A stretch of DNA of 43,366 nt from Candidatus Micrarchaeota archaeon (GTDB taxonomy: Archaea > Micrarchaeota > Micrarchaeia > Micrarchaeales > Micrarchaeaceae), in assembly GCA_027345565.1 (NCBI GenBank), contig DAHWIF010000009.1:1-43366 (forward strand). The letters are read 5' to 3'. Shown here piece by piece: positions 9,148 through 17,946 of the stretch (positions are counted from its first letter, which is position 1; every line of letters begins with the position of its first letter). The notes under the pieces were generated by a model, which worked only from the letters and a program-made list of their open reading frames with translations, was not told where the DNA came from and did not search any database. A program made the translations under genes and the position numbers.

Positions 9148-9210
9148 AGCTTATCCACCTGATATTAGCTAGTTCAATCAAATTCAGGAAAATCACAAGA
9201 GTCGGACAAC

Positions 9211-9831
9211 ATGGCAGAAACCACAGTCGGCGAGGAACGTCAGGGGGCACCGGACAACATTATATACGTAGGGAAGAAGCCGGTCATGAACTATGTGCTT
9301 GCGGTAGTCACCCAGATAAACAGCGGTATCGGGACGGTGATGATAAAAGCGCGTGGAAATTCGATATCTAAGGCCGTTGACGTGGCCGATATAGTAAGGA
9401 AGAGGTTCCTGACAGACTTGAAGGACCCCAGCGGAGAGGGCATAACGATAGGTTCTGAGGAGCTTCCAAACGAGGACGGCACAAAGTCGAAGGTCAGCTA
9501 CATACAGATCGCGGCGGCGCTCGGCAAACTCAAGGGTGACGGTGCCGCGCAGCAGAAAAGTGGCATGGTCTACATCGGCAGGAAGCCTACAATGAACTAT
9601 GTGCTTGCGGTAGTCACCCAGATAAACAGCGGTATCGGGACGGTGATGATAAAAGCGCGTGGAAATTCGATATCTAAGGCCGTTGACGTGGTTGAGATAG
9701 TAAGGCACCGGTTCCTCCCTGACATGCAGGACCCCAGCTCTGAGGGCATAACAATAGAATCCGTGGAAATCGCCAACGAGGACGGCACCAAGTCGAAGAT
9801 AAGTTCGATACAGATATCGATAAAGAAGTAG
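9211..9831 (+). CDS. albA: Tandem two-domain Alba (Sac10b-family) nucleic-acid-binding protein
   Basis: Two complete Alba domains, each G(K/R)KPx[22 protein letters not shown](V/I)SxIQI. Confidence 0.95.
   Translation: MAETTVGEERQGAPDNIIYVGKKPVMNYVLAVVTQINSGIGTVMIKARGNSISKAVDVADIVRKRFLTDLKDPSGEGITIGSEELPNEDGTKSKVSYIQIAAALGKLKGDGAAQQKSGMVYIGRKPTMNYVLAVVTQINSGIGTVMIKARGNSISKAVDVVEIVRHRFLPDMQDPSSEGITIESVEIANEDGTKSKISSIQISIKK
9286..9691 (+). repeat. 100-bp perfect direct repeat (9286-9385 = 9592-9691) within alba
   Basis: Base-by-base identity over 100 nt at an offset of 306 nt; the flanks diverge. Confidence 0.93.
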
Positions 9832-10191
9832 TCAGATCAGGTCGGAGCTGCTCACTGTGCCCAAGCACCTCATGCTCTTCTTAGAATCAACTACAGGCAA
9901 CCTCGTCAGGCCGCATTTTATAAGCATCTTGCGCGCGTCCTCTATGCTCCCGCTCTCCTCTATGAATATCCTGTGCATCATGGCGCTGCTGACTCTGCCC
10001 GAATCCCCGCGCAGGGACGATACGTCGAGCACTCCGACAAGCTTACCCTCGGATATAACTGGCAATACGCTCACGCCTGAGTTGCGCGCCAGCTGCTTCG
10101 CTGCCTTGAGCGACGCCTCGGGAGTTATGGCAACGATGTTCCTGTCTATAACATCGGCCAACGAGCCAGCCATGATGTTATTACCCAGCAT
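9832..10191 (-). CDS. Stand-alone CBS domain pair protein
   Basis: VSVLPVISEGKLVGVL and LTRLPVVD..LGTVSSSDL. Start may be ATG 10173. Confidence 0.88.
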   Translation of the reverse strand: MLGNNIMAGSLADVIDRNIVAITPEASLKAAKQLARNSGVSVLPVISEGKLVGVLDVSSLRGDSGRVSSAMMHRIFIEESGSIEDARKMLIKCGLTRLPVVDSKKSMRCLGTVSSSDLI

Positions 10192-10312
10192 ACCTATTAA
10201 TAGGTTTTTACCGATATGCTAGGTATGGGCGAAGGTGCGGCGGCTATTTTGCAGTTCATCATGCGTGATCCCGGAATTGCGTGGAAAGAATAGATATGGA
10301 ACCGGTGAATTT

Positions 10313-11350
10313 TTGCTATACAACATTACACACGTTGCCGATCTTGACGGGATGGCGAGTGCCGCTTTCCTGGCGCGGTGCTACGGCATGCCTACAGGCA
10401 ATATCATATTCGTAAATTATGGCGCACAGGACGTAGGACGCGCTATGAAAGAGCTCTCCGGCATTGAGGGTACAGGCAATGTGCTGGTCATAACAGATTT
10501 CAGCATGACACCGGAGAATTTCTCAATTATGGAGAAGGCGCTTGCGCGGTTCAGGAGGAAGAATAACAGCATAATATGGCTGGACCATCACCCATGGCCC
10601 GAGAGTATTATCAGGAAAGCATCAAAATACTGCGACATGATGATAGTAGGGGAGAACGCTTATTTCTGCGGGGCGGAGCTTGTATACAACCTTCTCTGCA
10701 AGAGGGACAGATACGGGGATAGGCTGGCGAAAATAACCCACCTATCGGACTTCTGGCTCAAGTCGAAATCAAGGAAGGACAACGAGACAGTAAGCATGGT
10801 GGCTTTTGGCATAAAGCAGATGCGCAGCTATGCGGATGGGGAGGACAGGCTACGCGGCTACGTGCATGATCTTTCACAGGGCCGAATCGGCTCTAGGCTC
10901 ATACGCGACGCCTATGAAGAGTACATGAGGAGGACCAGGCCAGAGCTGGAGAGAATGCTGAAGGAATGCAAGATAATAAAGTCAGCGGGCATAAGGATAG
11001 GCGTGGGCTTCGGCATTGTTCTCTCTGCGCAGGAGGCCTGCATGGCGATAATTGACAGGCTTAAGTGCGACATAAGCATTTACATATCTAATGACAGCAT
11101 GCACGGTAGCATGAGGAGCAGGCGCAACAAAGGGACCTGGGGCATCGACATACTTAAACTGGCTAAGAGCCTCAATGGGGGAGGCCACCCTCTAGCCGCC
11201 GGCTTCAGCATCGAGAATGAGGGATACGACCTCTTGAAGGCGCATGACAGGGAGCTTCTCGTTGACAGAATAGGGAAAGTTGCAGAGAGGCTTTACGGAA
11301 ATAGGGTCAGGTGGTTCCAGCAGAGCACAGGAAGGAGTATCACGAGATGA
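10313..11350 (+). CDS. DHH/DHHA1 phosphoesterase (nanoRNase-like)
   Basis: THVADLDG, ITDF, WLDHH and GGGHPLAAG motifs. Start placed at TTG, 4 nt after GGTGA. Confidence 0.88.
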   Translation: MLYNITHVADLDGMASAAFLARCYGMPTGNIIFVNYGAQDVGRAMKELSGIEGTGNVLVITDFSMTPENFSIMEKALARFRRKNNSIIWLDHHPWPESIIRKASKYCDMMIVGENAYFCGAELVYNLLCKRDRYGDRLAKITHLSDFWLKSKSRKDNETVSMVAFGIKQMRSYADGEDRLRGYVHDLSQGRIGSRLIRDAYEEYMRRTRPELERMLKECKIIKSAGIRIGVGFGIVLSAQEACMAIIDRLKCDISIYISNDSMHGSMRSRRNKGTWGIDILKLAKSLNGGGHPLAAGFSIENEGYDLLKAHDRELLVDRIGKVAERLYGNRVRWFQQSTGRSITR

Positions 11351-12566
11351 TCCCATAGCCTGTGAGCCTCCACCTTTGGGATATGTTGCGCAGCACCGCT
11401 ATCTTGGTGTTCTTCTCTGCACATACTGGTTTCCTGAGCTCTAATTCGATCGTGTCCTTTTTGACCTTCTTTGCGTGGCCGACGACCGTAGCCGTGCCAA
11501 TGCCCATCAGAAGCGGCTCGTTCTCCTTGACCTTCTGCGATGGCACATCGCTCCTCTCTATGTTGTAGTACCTTATCGTTATGCCTGTGGAAGATTCCGG
11601 CATCTTGCCGACATGACCCACAAGGTTCCCAACAAGGCTGTCCGCCTTGGTGAATGATGGATCGACCTCGGTTGAGAGCCCTATGAGCCCGCCGGGGCGC
11701 GCGCTCTCCATCTGGTCGGTCCCGTTGCTTATGCCGGTGACGACAGTCACGAAACTCCTGTAGGAGCTTTTCTTTGAGCCAGGCTCGGCGAAGTCCCCGC
11801 CAGGCCTGACCTCTATCCTGTCACCTACCTTTATCACGCCGCGCTTTATCGCCCCTCCGATCACGCCGCCTGAGAGCTTTGTCACGTCGCTGCCCGGCCT
11901 GTTAACATCGAAGGACCTGACAACGTACATTATCGGGTCTGATGTGAGGTCTCGCTCTGGCTTAGGCATGTTCGCTATCGCCTCCAGCACGGCATCGATA
12001 TTGACGCCCTGGTTGGTCATCACAGGTATGACTGGCGCGTTCTCTATGGCGCTGCCCTTTACGAACGCCTTAATCTGCCGGTAATTGCTGACCGCGGCTT
12101 CCTTTCCGACTATGTCTACCTTGCTCTGCACTATTATCACGTTCTTTATCCCGAGCAGGTTGATTATCATCAGGTGCTCCTTTGTCTGCTGCATCGGCAC
12201 CGGCTCTGTAGCCGCTATCACAAACAGTATCGCGTCTATCACGCTCGCTCCTGCTATCGCGGTAGCCATGAGCGTCTCGTGGCCTGGCGCATCGAGCATC
12301 GATATCCTCATGAGCGGCTCTGTCACGGACCCGTCAGACCTGCATTTCTCTTCGGTGGTGTATGCGGCCGCGCCCTCGCACTCCTGGCACTTCCTTATTA
12401 TGGCATCGGCATAACCGAGCTTTATCGTCATGTTTCTCTTCAGGCTTTCGCTGTGCTTGTCAGTCCACACATGCGTTATCGCCCTGGTGAGCGATGTCTT
12501 GCCGTGGTCTATGTGGCCGAGAGTGCCTATGTTCATTATGCTCTGCTTTAGGTCATCCAATGGCAT
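11340..12566 (-). CDS. eif2g: Translation initiation factor 2 gamma subunit
   Basis: GHIDHGKT, TIKLGY, DAPGHETLMAT, RSFDVNRPG and WRLTGYG; adjacent to rps6e. Confidence 0.96.
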   Translation of the reverse strand: MPLDDLKQSIMNIGTLGHIDHGKTSLTRAITHVWTDKHSESLKRNMTIKLGYADAIIRKCQECEGAAAYTTEEKCRSDGSVTEPLMRISMLDAPGHETLMATAIAGASVIDAILFVIAATEPVPMQQTKEHLMIINLLGIKNVIIVQSKVDIVGKEAAVSNYRQIKAFVKGSAIENAPVIPVMTNQGVNIDAVLEAIANMPKPERDLTSDPIMYVVRSFDVNRPGSDVTKLSGGVIGGAIKRGVIKVGDRIEVRPGGDFAEPGSKKSSYRSFVTVVTGISNGTDQMESARPGGLIGLSTEVDPSFTKADSLVGNLVGHVGKMPESSTGITIRYYNIERSDVPSQKVKENEPLLMGIGTATVVGHAKKVKKDTIELELRKPVCAEKNTKIAVLRNISQRWRLTGYGIIS

Positions 12567-13006
12567 CAGCCCTTTGCCTCGGTAGCATGGTCCTCGGGCT
12601 TCCCTGCGCCTTTGGGAGGCTCCGCCGCTTTCTCCTGCTTCGCTGCCTTCGGGAATATATCGTCCGCGCCCTTCTCTCCGTACTCTATTATTATGGTATT
12701 AAGCTGCTCGACGTCGGTGCTCACCATGTTCCCCCTCACGGTCTGCATCTTTGGCTTTCCGGCCGACTTGCCAGTAGCCGTTATCCTGCTGGTCCTCGTC
12801 TTTATTGTACCCTGTATGCTCCTCTCCAACGGGAAACCGCTGTTGTCGCTGCCGCCGGTTATCTTGAGCTTGCAGCCTGTCAGGCCTATTATGCCTCCGT
12901 CTATCGTGTCTCCGATCTTGTAGTTGAGCACTAGCCCTGCCTTGTCCTTGCCGAGCTCGGCTTGGGCTGTTCTGCCGCTTTTTGGGTCTGAGTAGACTAT
13001 CTTCAT
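12566..13006 (-). CDS. rps6e: 30S ribosomal protein S6e
   Basis: KIVYSDPKSG, LKITGGSDNSGFP, TVRGN and QLN motifs. Confidence 0.95.
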   Translation of the reverse strand: MKIVYSDPKSGRTAQAELGKDKAGLVLNYKIGDTIDGGIIGLTGCKLKITGGSDNSGFPLERSIQGTIKTRTSRITATGKSAGKPKMQTVRGNMVSTDVEQLNTIIIEYGEKGADDIFPKAAKQEKAAEPPKGAGKPEDHATEAKG

Positions 13007-13122
13007 TGATTCACCGGAATTAGCAGGGAGTTAAACAGGGCAGGAATAGATAACTGCCGTATTTTCTTATATTACTCTGTGTGCAAACAATAAAAAGGTA
13101 TCGACCTGGCGCTCTGGGAAGG

Positions 13123-13196
13123 TGCGATCGCCGGGATTTGAACCCGGGTCTTTGCCTTGGAGGGGCAAAGTCCTAACCAGGCTAGACTACGATCGC
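13123..13196 (-). tRNA. tRNA-Gly (TCC), with C at position 33
   Basis: Cloverleaf with GCGATCG/CGATCGC acceptor, T-loop TTCAAAT, anticodon stem TTGCC/GGCAA and loop CCTCCAA; no intron, CCA not encoded. Confidence 0.9.
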
Positions 13197-13302
13197 ACGC
13201 TACCTATGCTACATCAACAAATATAAAGAGGCATACTGCTGTTATGTGGAAAAATAAAAAATGGCGGCCTCATAGCTGCCTCGGCCGCGCATCACTGCGT
13301 GA

Positions 13303-13587
13303 TTACCACCTGTCCTTTTCTGCGGCGATTATCAGCGCCGCTGCGCCGAACCTTGTCCCCCTCTTCTTCGACTCCTGCACCGCCCTCATTGTGTATTCTG
13401 CTGCCTTCTCTGCAAGGATTGCTTTGAGTGCGGATCCAGCTGACTCGTCGAAGTCGCATGCGCCCGCTTCGCTAAAGACCTGGGCTATCTCGCTCTCCCT
13501 GAGTGCGTCCTCAGCCATCCTTCGCACCCTGTACTTAGTGCCGAGCCCTAGCGCAGACACCCTGCCTCTGCTTTTTCTCTCTCGCAT
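13303..13587 (-). CDS. Divergent archaeal histone-fold protein with basic N-terminal extension
   Basis: Residues ~28-77 align by eye without gaps to HMf-type histones (L..I..V..EAGA....A..AL..IL.E.......A.......G). Has its own TTTAAATA box at 13638-13645. Confidence 0.62.
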   Translation of the reverse strand: MRERKSRGRVSALGLGTKYRVRRMAEDALRESEIAQVFSEAGACDFDESAGSALKAILAEKAAEYTMRAVQESKKRGTRFGAAALIIAAEKDRW

Positions 13588-13804
13588 CCCCTCACTCTCT
13601 CCACCACTTCACCCTTAATGTTAATGCGGAGTTGTGATATTTAAATCTTTAGGAGAAGTTTCCAATAATTACTTGGAATTTTTCTGAATTCTGGCGCTGA
13701 TGTATAAAGTTAATTTTATTTCCAAGTATTTTTACCTCGACAGCCGAAAAAACGGAGAAGAGCGTACCGCTTTCAGTGTTCGTCAACGCTTTCGGTGGCA
13801 TCCG

Positions 13805-14386
13805 TCAAGTGCCTATGCTCGCCCAAAGCTCGTCGAAATGCCTATCAAGCGAATGAACCCTACTAGCGTCGTGTATAAGCTCTATGTGCTCTATATTCTT
13901 GTGCAAGCCAGCATACGTCAAGTTCGCACTGCCGACTATTGCGGAGTTGTCCGATAGGTAAACCTTCTCGTGTATGAAGCTTTCGCTCGCCACCTTTACC
14001 TTTATCCTTTGGCGCCTTGGCCTTGCGTAATGCGCTACGGTCAATCCGACAACCAGCGCTGTTATAGGCACGGCGGCCAGCTCCGCTGCATAGAACCGGA
14101 ACGCGTAGAACAATATGCTGAGTATTATGAAATACGCTGAGAGGGTAACGTATGGGAACCTCCTTCCCCTCCTCATTATCCTTACAGCCGACCAGCTTAT
14201 CTTGGAGCTGGACGTTATCACAGATACGTCCTTCGAGCCGGATTGCCGCACGAGCATCTTTGCGTATGCAGGGCTTATGAACGGGCATATGACCTTCAGG
14301 CTCTTGCCACTGCCCGTTATCAGCGGCTCTATATATCTGTATGAGCTGCTGCCGCTGTAGCCCTGGCCGCTTTCCATGCTATGCAA
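13805..14386 (-). CDS. Single-HKD phospholipase D/nuclease-family protein with inserted transmembrane hairpin
   Basis: VICPFIS and HEKVYLSD..IVGSANLT..GL.KNIE; two hydrophobic helices in mid-protein. Confidence 0.82.
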   Translation of the reverse strand: MHSMESGQGYSGSSSYRYIEPLITGSGKSLKVICPFISPAYAKMLVRQSGSKDVSVITSSSKISWSAVRIMRRGRRFPYVTLSAYFIILSILFYAFRFYAAELAAVPITALVVGLTVAHYARPRRQRIKVKVASESFIHEKVYLSDNSAIVGSANLTYAGLHKNIEHIELIHDASRVHSLDRHFDELWASIGT

Positions 14387-14466
14387 TTCGTCTTAACATA
14401 TAAATTGGTTCTGAGCAGCAAGCTTAAAAAAGCAAAATGCGGTATTACTTCACGTCTTGTGGTTTG

Positions 14467-17400
14467 ATGATTGACCTTAAAGGGAGGGAGGAAAAGGTGC
14501 TGGCGTACTGGAAGGAGCACGGAGTAAACGGCAGAGTCAGAGCCAGGAACAAAGGCAGGAAGAAATTTTACTTCCTGGATGGCCCGCCCAATGCCTACGG
14601 CCTGGCGGTCCACCACCTCTGGGTCTATACGGTAAAGGACCTGATGCTGAAGTACAAGCGGTATAGGGGGTTCGACGTGCACGACCGCCCCGGCTTCGAC
14701 GTGCACGGGCTGCCGATAGAAAACAAGATAGAGAGGAGGTTGAACCTCAAGTCGAAGCAGGAAATAGAGAAGATGGGCGTGGAGAACTTTGTTAAGGCAT
14801 GCAAGGACTATGCCGAATCGGGGATAAACGGGTCGATAGAGCTGCTCAAGAGGTTCGGCGTCTTCATGGACTTTGATAGCACGTATATACCGTACACAGC
14901 CACCTACATAAACAAGGGATGGCAGATATTCAAGAGGATTTACGACAAGAAGCTGCTTTACCGGGGCCTGAAGCCACTCGCGTACTGCCCCCATTGCGAG
15001 ACCGTCCTTTCCGCGAGCGGCCCCGAAGTGGAGTACAAGGACGCGCAGGACACGTCGGTGTTTGTCAGATTCAAGGTAATCGGAAAGAGCAGCAAGATAG
15101 AACTCTCTCAGGACACCTACCTCGTGATATGGACTACAACGCCATGGACCTTGCCGTCGAACATGGCGATTGCTGCAAACCCGAAGGCTGTTTATGTTGC
15201 CGCAAGCCTTGAAGGGAAAGACTACATAATAGCAAAAGACCGGCTTGACGTTTTTACGGAAGCGGTAGGCAGCACGGTCGTAAAGAAGGAATTTTACGGC
15301 TCGGAGCTTGTCGGGACCATGTACGAGAGCCCTCTTGCTGAACAGGTCCCGGCCCAGAAGAAGTTCGCCAAGTACCACAGAGTGCTCCCTGGAGAGGCGA
15401 TAGTCTCGCTCGGGGAAGGCACCGGGCTGCTGCACATAGCGCCGGGCCACGGCCCGGAGGATTTTGCGGTAGCAAAGGCGAACGGGATACCGGTTTTCTC
15501 ACCTGTAGACATGCATGCCAGATACACAGCAGATGCAGGCAAATACGCAGGGCTCGAGGTCCCGGGCGCGGCAAACGAAGCAGTGCTGAAAGATTTGAGG
15601 GCGTCTGGCGACCTCCTCTTTGAGGGGCAACTCGTCCATTCATATCCGTTCTGCTGGCGCTGCGGCAGCAAACTGATCTATAGGGCCACGGACCAGTTTT
15701 TCATAAATGTTGGGAAGATAAGGAGGAAAATGCTTAGCGAGAACCAGAAGGTAAAATGGTATCCCGGCTTCGCCCAGAAATGGTTCGCTGATGCCGTGGA
15801 GAGCTCTCCAGACTGGTGCATCTCGAGGCAGAGGTACTGGGGAGCCCCCATACCGCTGTGGATATGCGGCGCATGCAATGCCTTCGAAGTCATGGGCTCT
15901 ACAAAGGAACTGGAGCTGAGGGCGAAGCTGGACGCGCCCCTTGACGACATGCACCTGCACAAGCCCTATATCGACAGGATAGAATTCGGATGCAAATGCG
16001 GCGGGACGATGAAAAGGACGCCGGACCTGTTCGACGTGTGGTACGAATCAGGCATTTCCCACACGGCAAGCCTCACCGATGAGGAGTTCGTTAGACTATA
16101 CCCGGCTGACTGGATAACCGAAAGCCTGGACCAGATCAGGGGATGGTTCAGCACGCTGCTCAGGACAGGCGTCGCCGCAAATGGCAGAAGGCCGTTCAAC
16201 AGCGTAACGATAGGGGGCATGATGAAGGATGAGATTGGGGAGGAGATGCACAGGAACAAGGGCAACGCGATTACCCCTGACGACATAATGCGCATGGTAT
16301 CTGTCGATGGCTTCAGGCTGTGGTGCGCCTCCAAGCCGCGCTGGCAGGATCTCAAGCTGAAAAAGTCGGAGTTGAGGGACTCGGACGGCGAGATAATAAT
16401 GCTCTACAACATAGCGGAGCTTGTGAAGGAGCTATCGGTCATTTCGGGGTACCCCTCGCGGGAGGTCAAGCGGCCTGGCACATCAAAGCTGGAGCCAGAG
16501 GACCTCTACATACTCTCAAGGCTCAACTCGCTCATATCCGAGTTCACCGAGCATATGGACAGCTACCAGATAGATGACGCAATAAACAAGCTGAGGACAT
16601 TCATAATAGAGGACTTCAGCAGGTTCTACCTAAAGTTTGCAAAGCAGCGCGCGGTTGATGCGACAAGAGGGCAGCTAAAGAGGATAGCGGGGCTGACTAG
16701 CTACGTGCTCTACAACATCTCGATCATGGTGTCTGTTGCCGCACCGCTGGCAGCCGAGCATATATTCTCAGAGCTTTTCTCGAAGGATGGAGACTCGGTA
16801 TTCATGGAGGGCTGGCCGAAGGCGAGTGCGAGGCTGGTCGACAAGCAGCTCGAGGGGAAGATGCAGATTGCGAAGGATGCGATATCAGCGATACTCAACA
16901 GCAGGGAGAAAGCGGGAGTGAGCCTGAGATGGCCCATATCAAGGGCGGTGGTCGAGGTGACAGGGGACGACGCCTATGCGGCGCTCCAGGAGCTCTCCGG
17001 CATCGTCGAGAGCTATGTCAATGCAAAGAGGCTTGAGCTTAAGCGGGTTTCCGGAACGAAGAAGGAGGTGGTGCCTCTCTTCGCTGAGATAGGCCCCGCA
17101 TTCAGAGGGGAGGCGCAGGCGGTGGCGGATGCGCTCAAAGACGCTAGTGCGGACGAGGTGCTTAAGGCTATAGAGACAGCGGGCTCGTACCAGCTGCACA
17201 CCAAGAACGGAATGGCGGAGGTCACTCCGAAGCACTTCACCGTTGTCGAGAGGCCAGAGGCAGCCGAAAGCGCAAGCTTCAGGCATGGCATAGCGTACAT
17301 AGACAAGGAGCTGAGCAGGGAGCTGAAGGATGAGGCGCTGCTTAGGGAGTTCGAGAGGAACATTCAGATGGCAAGGAAGGAGATGGGCCTGAGCAGGATG

Positions 17401-17592
17401 GATGGCATAGAGCTCAACTATGAGGCCGTAGGCGAGCTCTCAAGGATAATACCGATGCGCATGAAGGAGCTGAAGAGGAGCATAAAAGCAAGGAGGATCG
17501 GAAAGGGCATAGATTCATCTGCGCTCGTAAAGCGATTCGAGATAGAGGGAGAGAGCGTAGGGGTATCCCTTAAGAAAATCGACGCCACATGA
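14467..17592 (+). CDS. ileS: Isoleucine--tRNA ligase (archaeal / type 2)
   Basis: FLDGPP, GFDVHGLPIE, IWTTTPWTLPSN, GTGLLHIAPGHG, DWCISRQRYWG and DQIRGWF. Confidence 0.97.
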   Translation: MIDLKGREEKVLAYWKEHGVNGRVRARNKGRKKFYFLDGPPNAYGLAVHHLWVYTVKDLMLKYKRYRGFDVHDRPGFDVHGLPIENKIERRLNLKSKQEIEKMGVENFVKACKDYAESGINGSIELLKRFGVFMDFDSTYIPYTATYINKGWQIFKRIYDKKLLYRGLKPLAYCPHCETVLSASGPEVEYKDAQDTSVFVRFKVIGKSSKIELSQDTYLVIWTTTPWTLPSNMAIAANPKAVYVAASLEGKDYIIAKDRLDVFTEAVGSTVVKKEFYGSELVGTMYESPLAEQVPAQKKFAKYHRVLPGEAIVSLGEGTGLLHIAPGHGPEDFAVAKANGIPVFSPVDMHARYTADAGKYAGLEVPGAANEAVLKDLRASGDLLFEGQLVHSYPFCWRCGSKLIYRATDQFFINVGKIRRKMLSENQKVKWYPGFAQKWFADAVESSPDWCISRQRYWGAPIPLWICGACNAFEVMGSTKELELRAKLDAPLDDMHLHKPYIDRIEFGCKCGGTMKRTPDLFDVWYESGISHTASLTDEEFVRLYPADWITESLDQIRGWFSTLLRTGVAANGRRPFNSVTIGGMMKDEIGEEMHRNKGNAITPDDIMRMVSVDGFRLWCASKPRWQDLKLKKSELRDSDGEIIMLYNIAELVKELSVISGYPSREVKRPGTSKLEPEDLYILSRLNSLISEFTEHMDSYQIDDAINKLRTFIIEDFSRFYLKFAKQRAVDATRGQLKRIAGLTSYVLYNISIMVSVAAPLAAEHIFSELFSKDGDSVFMEGWPKASARLVDKQLEGKMQIAKDAISAILNSREKAGVSLRWPISRAVVEVTGDDAYAALQELSGIVESYVNAKRLELKRVSGTKKEVVPLFAEIGPAFRGEAQAVADALKDASADEVLKAIETAGSYQLHTKNGMAEVTPKHFTVVERPEAAESASFRHGIAYIDKELSRELKDEALLREFERNIQMARKEMGLSRMDGIELNYEAVGELSRIIPMRMKELKRSIKARRIGKGIDSSALVKRFEIEGESVGVSLKKIDAT

Positions 17593-17681
17593 AGCCCATT
17601 CCGCATGCGGTCCCGATATGTTATAGTGCGCGGGCAGGATGCGCGCAAAAGTCGGATACCCTATGAGGCAAACCTGTTAGG

Positions 17682-17897
17682 CTACTGGTTCTCCTCAATA
17701 ACTACTGCGCTCCTCCTGTTCTTGAAGGCCATCCTCCTCGGCATCATCCCCCAGCAGTCCTTGCATATCACAAGCCGCCTGGTCTTCGGGCTCCTTTGCG
17801 AGCTCTTCATGCAGCTGTAGCAGATCTTCCGCTTGCAGTAGTTGCACTGCTCGTACTTGAAGACCTGCCTCTTGCACCTCTCGCACGAAATGATCAT
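17682..17897 (-). CDS. Small basic zinc-finger protein (4x CxxC)
   Basis: CERC, CNYC, CYSC and CKDC within 71 aa; divergent from mtaB. Confidence 0.75.
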   Translation of the reverse strand: MIISCERCKRQVFKYEQCNYCKRKICYSCMKSSQRSPKTRRLVICKDCWGMMPRRMAFKNRRSAVVIEENQ

Positions 17898-17946
17898 TAA
17901 CTCACATGTTATAAAAAGTTTGGCTGTGTGTAAAACACAGAGTATC

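Noticed and set aside
9286-9691. Alba repeat as a diversity-generating retroelement TR/VR pair or CRISPR-like repeat
   Set aside because: Both copies are coding and identical, with no adenine-specific mismatches; no reverse transcriptase or cas gene is present; there are only two copies.
13157-13618. 153-aa plus-strand ORF
   Set aside because: Overlaps tRNA-Gly and is antisense to the histone-like gene.
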